Shown one piece after another: positions 61,966 to 64,000 of a stretch of 64,000 nucleotides of DNA. The notes beneath the pieces were generated by a model. The model searched no databases, was not told where the DNA came from, and was given only the letters and a program-made list of their open reading frames with translations. The first letter of the stretch is position 1, and every line of letters starts with the position of its first letter. The stretch is from an uncultured Spirochaetota bacterium (GTDB lineage: Bacteria; Spirochaetota; Spirochaetia; SZUA-6; Fen-1364). The translations under genes and the position numbers were made by a program. The stretch lies in contig CAVUXE010000053.1 in the NCBI GenBank assembly GCA_963745235.1, forward strand, positions 128,001 to 192,000. Direction: 5' to 3'.

Positions 61966-62888
61966 CCGAAGGCTTTCTGGAGGGCTGGCTCGGCGGGGCG
62001 GTCCTGACCAGCACGCCCATCTTCTACGCGGCCCTGGGGGAAACCATCGTCGAGAAAGCGGGGCTGATCAACCTCGGCGTCGAAGGCACCATGCTTGTCG
62101 GCGCCTCAGTCAGCTTTGCCGTGGCTTCCGCCACTGGATCGGTCCCGGCAGGGCTCGTCGCGGGAATGGTTGCCGGAGGCCTTTTCAACCTCCTCCTGGG
62201 TCCCCTGGTTATCGTCTGGGGAGCCAACCAGCTGGCCAGCGGTCTTGCCCTGATGTTTTTCGGCATGGGGCTCAGCGCCTTCTACGGGAAGCCCTTCGTA
62301 GGGTCCTCCCTCGACGGGCTGTCGTCATTTCCCATTCCCTGGCTCTCGAGCCTGCCTTTCATCGGGTCGATCCTTTTCAACCAGGACCTCCTGGTCTACA
62401 TGATGATCCCGGCGGCCGCGGCGGTCTGGTACCTGCTCTCCAGGACGGCCTGGGGCCTTCACCTCCGAGCAGTGGGCGAGGACAGGCTGGTGGCTTACGC
62501 CGCCGGGTCGCGGACCGGACTCCTGCGGCACCAGGCGCTTTTTCTCGGCGGGGTTCTGGCCGGAGTCGCGGGAGCCCACCTCAGCCTGGCGATAGCCCAC
62601 ACATGGACGGAGGGCTTGACCGCGGGTCGGGGGTTCATCGCCGTCTCGCTGGTCATCTTCGCTGCATGGAGCCCGCTGCGCATCCTGCCAGGGGCCCTGC
62701 TCTTCGGAGGGACCCTGGCGCTCCAGATCCAGCTGCAAGCCCGGGGGGCCCAGGTCTCTCCGTTTCTTCTGGACATGCTCCCCTACCTGGTCACCCTCCT
62801 TGTCCTCGTGCTCCTGCGGAACTCCAGCCGGGGAAGGATGCCGGAGGGCCTCAAGGAAGTGTTCGAATCCTCTCGCGAGGGGAGATGA
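61962..62888 (+). CDS. Nucleoside-type ABC transporter permease
   Basis: EKAGLINLGVEG, NQLASGLAL, LRAVGE and TAGRGFIA motifs. Confidence 0.92.
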   Translation: MTEGFLEGWLGGAVLTSTPIFYAALGETIVEKAGLINLGVEGTMLVGASVSFAVASATGSVPAGLVAGMVAGGLFNLLLGPLVIVWGANQLASGLALMFFGMGLSAFYGKPFVGSSLDGLSSFPIPWLSSLPFIGSILFNQDLLVYMMIPAAAAVWYLLSRTAWGLHLRAVGEDRLVAYAAGSRTGLLRHQALFLGGVLAGVAGAHLSLAIAHTWTEGLTAGRGFIAVSLVIFAAWSPLRILPGALLFGGTLALQIQLQARGAQVSPFLLDMLPYLVTLLVLVLLRNSSRGRMPEGLKEVFESSREGR

Positions 62889-62922
62889 AGTCAGTTCCAC
62901 AGTAACCTGAAGGAGGTTTTTC

Positions 62923-63996
62923 ATGGTAAAGAAGACGATTGTCCTGGCCGCGGCGGCATTGTTCTGCCTGGCGACCGCGGTGCCGCGGGTTTCCGCGGAC
63001 ACCATCGTGGGGGTGTTGCACCTGGGTCCGATCAATGACGCCGGCTACAACCAGGCCAGCCACGAAGGGATCGAAGTGCTCAAGAAGAACATTCCGGGTC
63101 TGAAGGTCCTCGAGGCGGAGAACATCCCGGAGACCGCGGACGCCGAACGGGTCATGGAACAGATGATCAACAAAGGGGCGACGATCATCATCGCCCAGAG
63201 CTTCGGCTATCTCGACCCGGCGTTGAACGTCGCCAAGAAGTATCCGAAGGTGACGTTCCTGCACGCGGCAGGGTATAAGCTTGCGCCGAATCTGGGGACC
63301 TTCTGGGGGAATAACTTCGAAGCCATGTACCTGGCGGGGATTGCCGCCGGGGCGGCGTCCAAGTCGGGCAAGCTCGGGTTCATCACGGCCTTTCCGATTC
63401 CCAACATCCTGGCCTCGATCAACGCTTTCGAGCTGGGCGCCAGGACCGTCAATCCCAAGGTTACCACCACGGTCACCTACAACAACTCCTTCGTCGACCC
63501 GGTCAAGGAGGGGTCGGCTGTGGGCGCCCTGGCGGACGCCGGCGTCGACGTGATCAGCATGATCGTCGACTCGCCGATCACGGTCGTCAAGACGGCCGAG
63601 GCCAGGGGGATATACACGGTCGGCTTCCACTCCGCGGCCCTCAAGCGATTCGCGCCCAAAGGTTGGCTGACCGGAGTGGCCTATACATGGGGCGACCTTT
63701 ACACTCAGGAAGTGAAGGAAATCATCGCCGGGACCTGGAAGCCCAGCCACGTGCGCGGGGGCATTGAATCCGGCTATCTCACCCTGGCCGACTACGGCCC
63801 TTCGGTCACCGCTGAAACCAAGGAGAAGATCGCCAAGGCCAAAGCCGCGATCATCTCGGGAAAGCTCAAGATATTCCAGGGACCGCTCAAGGACAACAAT
63901 GGCAACGTCGTGATTCCGGCGGGCAAGGCCGGCGGGATCGAGCTGTTGGACACTACCAACTGGCTGGTCGAGGGTGTGATCGGTCAGGCGAAGTAG
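62923..63996 (+). CDS. BMP family ABC transporter substrate-binding protein (purine/nucleoside type)
   Basis: GPINDAGYNQ, SFGY, YLAGIAAG, INAFELGA and WLVEGVIG motifs. Confidence 0.92.
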   Translation: MVKKTIVLAAAALFCLATAVPRVSADTIVGVLHLGPINDAGYNQASHEGIEVLKKNIPGLKVLEAENIPETADAERVMEQMINKGATIIIAQSFGYLDPALNVAKKYPKVTFLHAAGYKLAPNLGTFWGNNFEAMYLAGIAAGAASKSGKLGFITAFPIPNILASINAFELGARTVNPKVTTTVTYNNSFVDPVKEGSAVGALADAGVDVISMIVDSPITVVKTAEARGIYTVGFHSAALKRFAPKGWLTGVAYTWGDLYTQEVKEIIAGTWKPSHVRGGIESGYLTLADYGPSVTAETKEKIAKAKAAIISGKLKIFQGPLKDNNGNVVIPAGKAGGIELLDTTNWLVEGVIGQAK

Positions 63997-64000
63997 GCAA

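Overview
GC-rich bacterial chromosome segment, probably a free-living Spirochaetia; this is inferred from the tandem cNMP/TPR Crp-like protein, the DbpA-domain pseudo-helicase and the style of the OmpA and BMP proteins. Bases 1-31.6 kb are mostly core genes (ABC sugar uptake, tpx, alr, ilvC, trmB, dksA-like, infA, argJ, purC, clpP, mtnP, era, nth, argR, tRNA-Pro and tRNA-Arg), interrupted by one intact ISAzo13-family element inserted into the dksA stop codon. Bases 31.7-46.2 kb hold a divergent amino-sugar catabolic cluster: ABC transporter, NagA, NagB-like, AgaS-like, PfkB, DeoR, Gfo/Idh/MocA, an OYE-type Fe-S flavoenzyme and two UroD-family proteins. Bases 46.3-59.3 kb are a more AT-rich accessory patch with a tyrosine recombinase, small orphan or Zn-finger ORFs and structured non-coding segments. 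Bases 59.3-64 kb hold a nucleoside-type ABC transporter. About 15 genes are split by small indels, including the essential infA, so these are most likely long-read errors; about 12 of roughly 17 fall at or next to CCGG, which suggests a host DNA modification there. Other notable signals are a stand-alone ~95-nt sRNA candidate beside clpP, a duplicated 28-bp promoter/operator driving both the recombinase and a structured RNA plus Zn-finger unit, widespread leaderless gene starts, and a perfect 24-bp operator palindrome in the sugar cluster. All calls were made by eye, without database searches.
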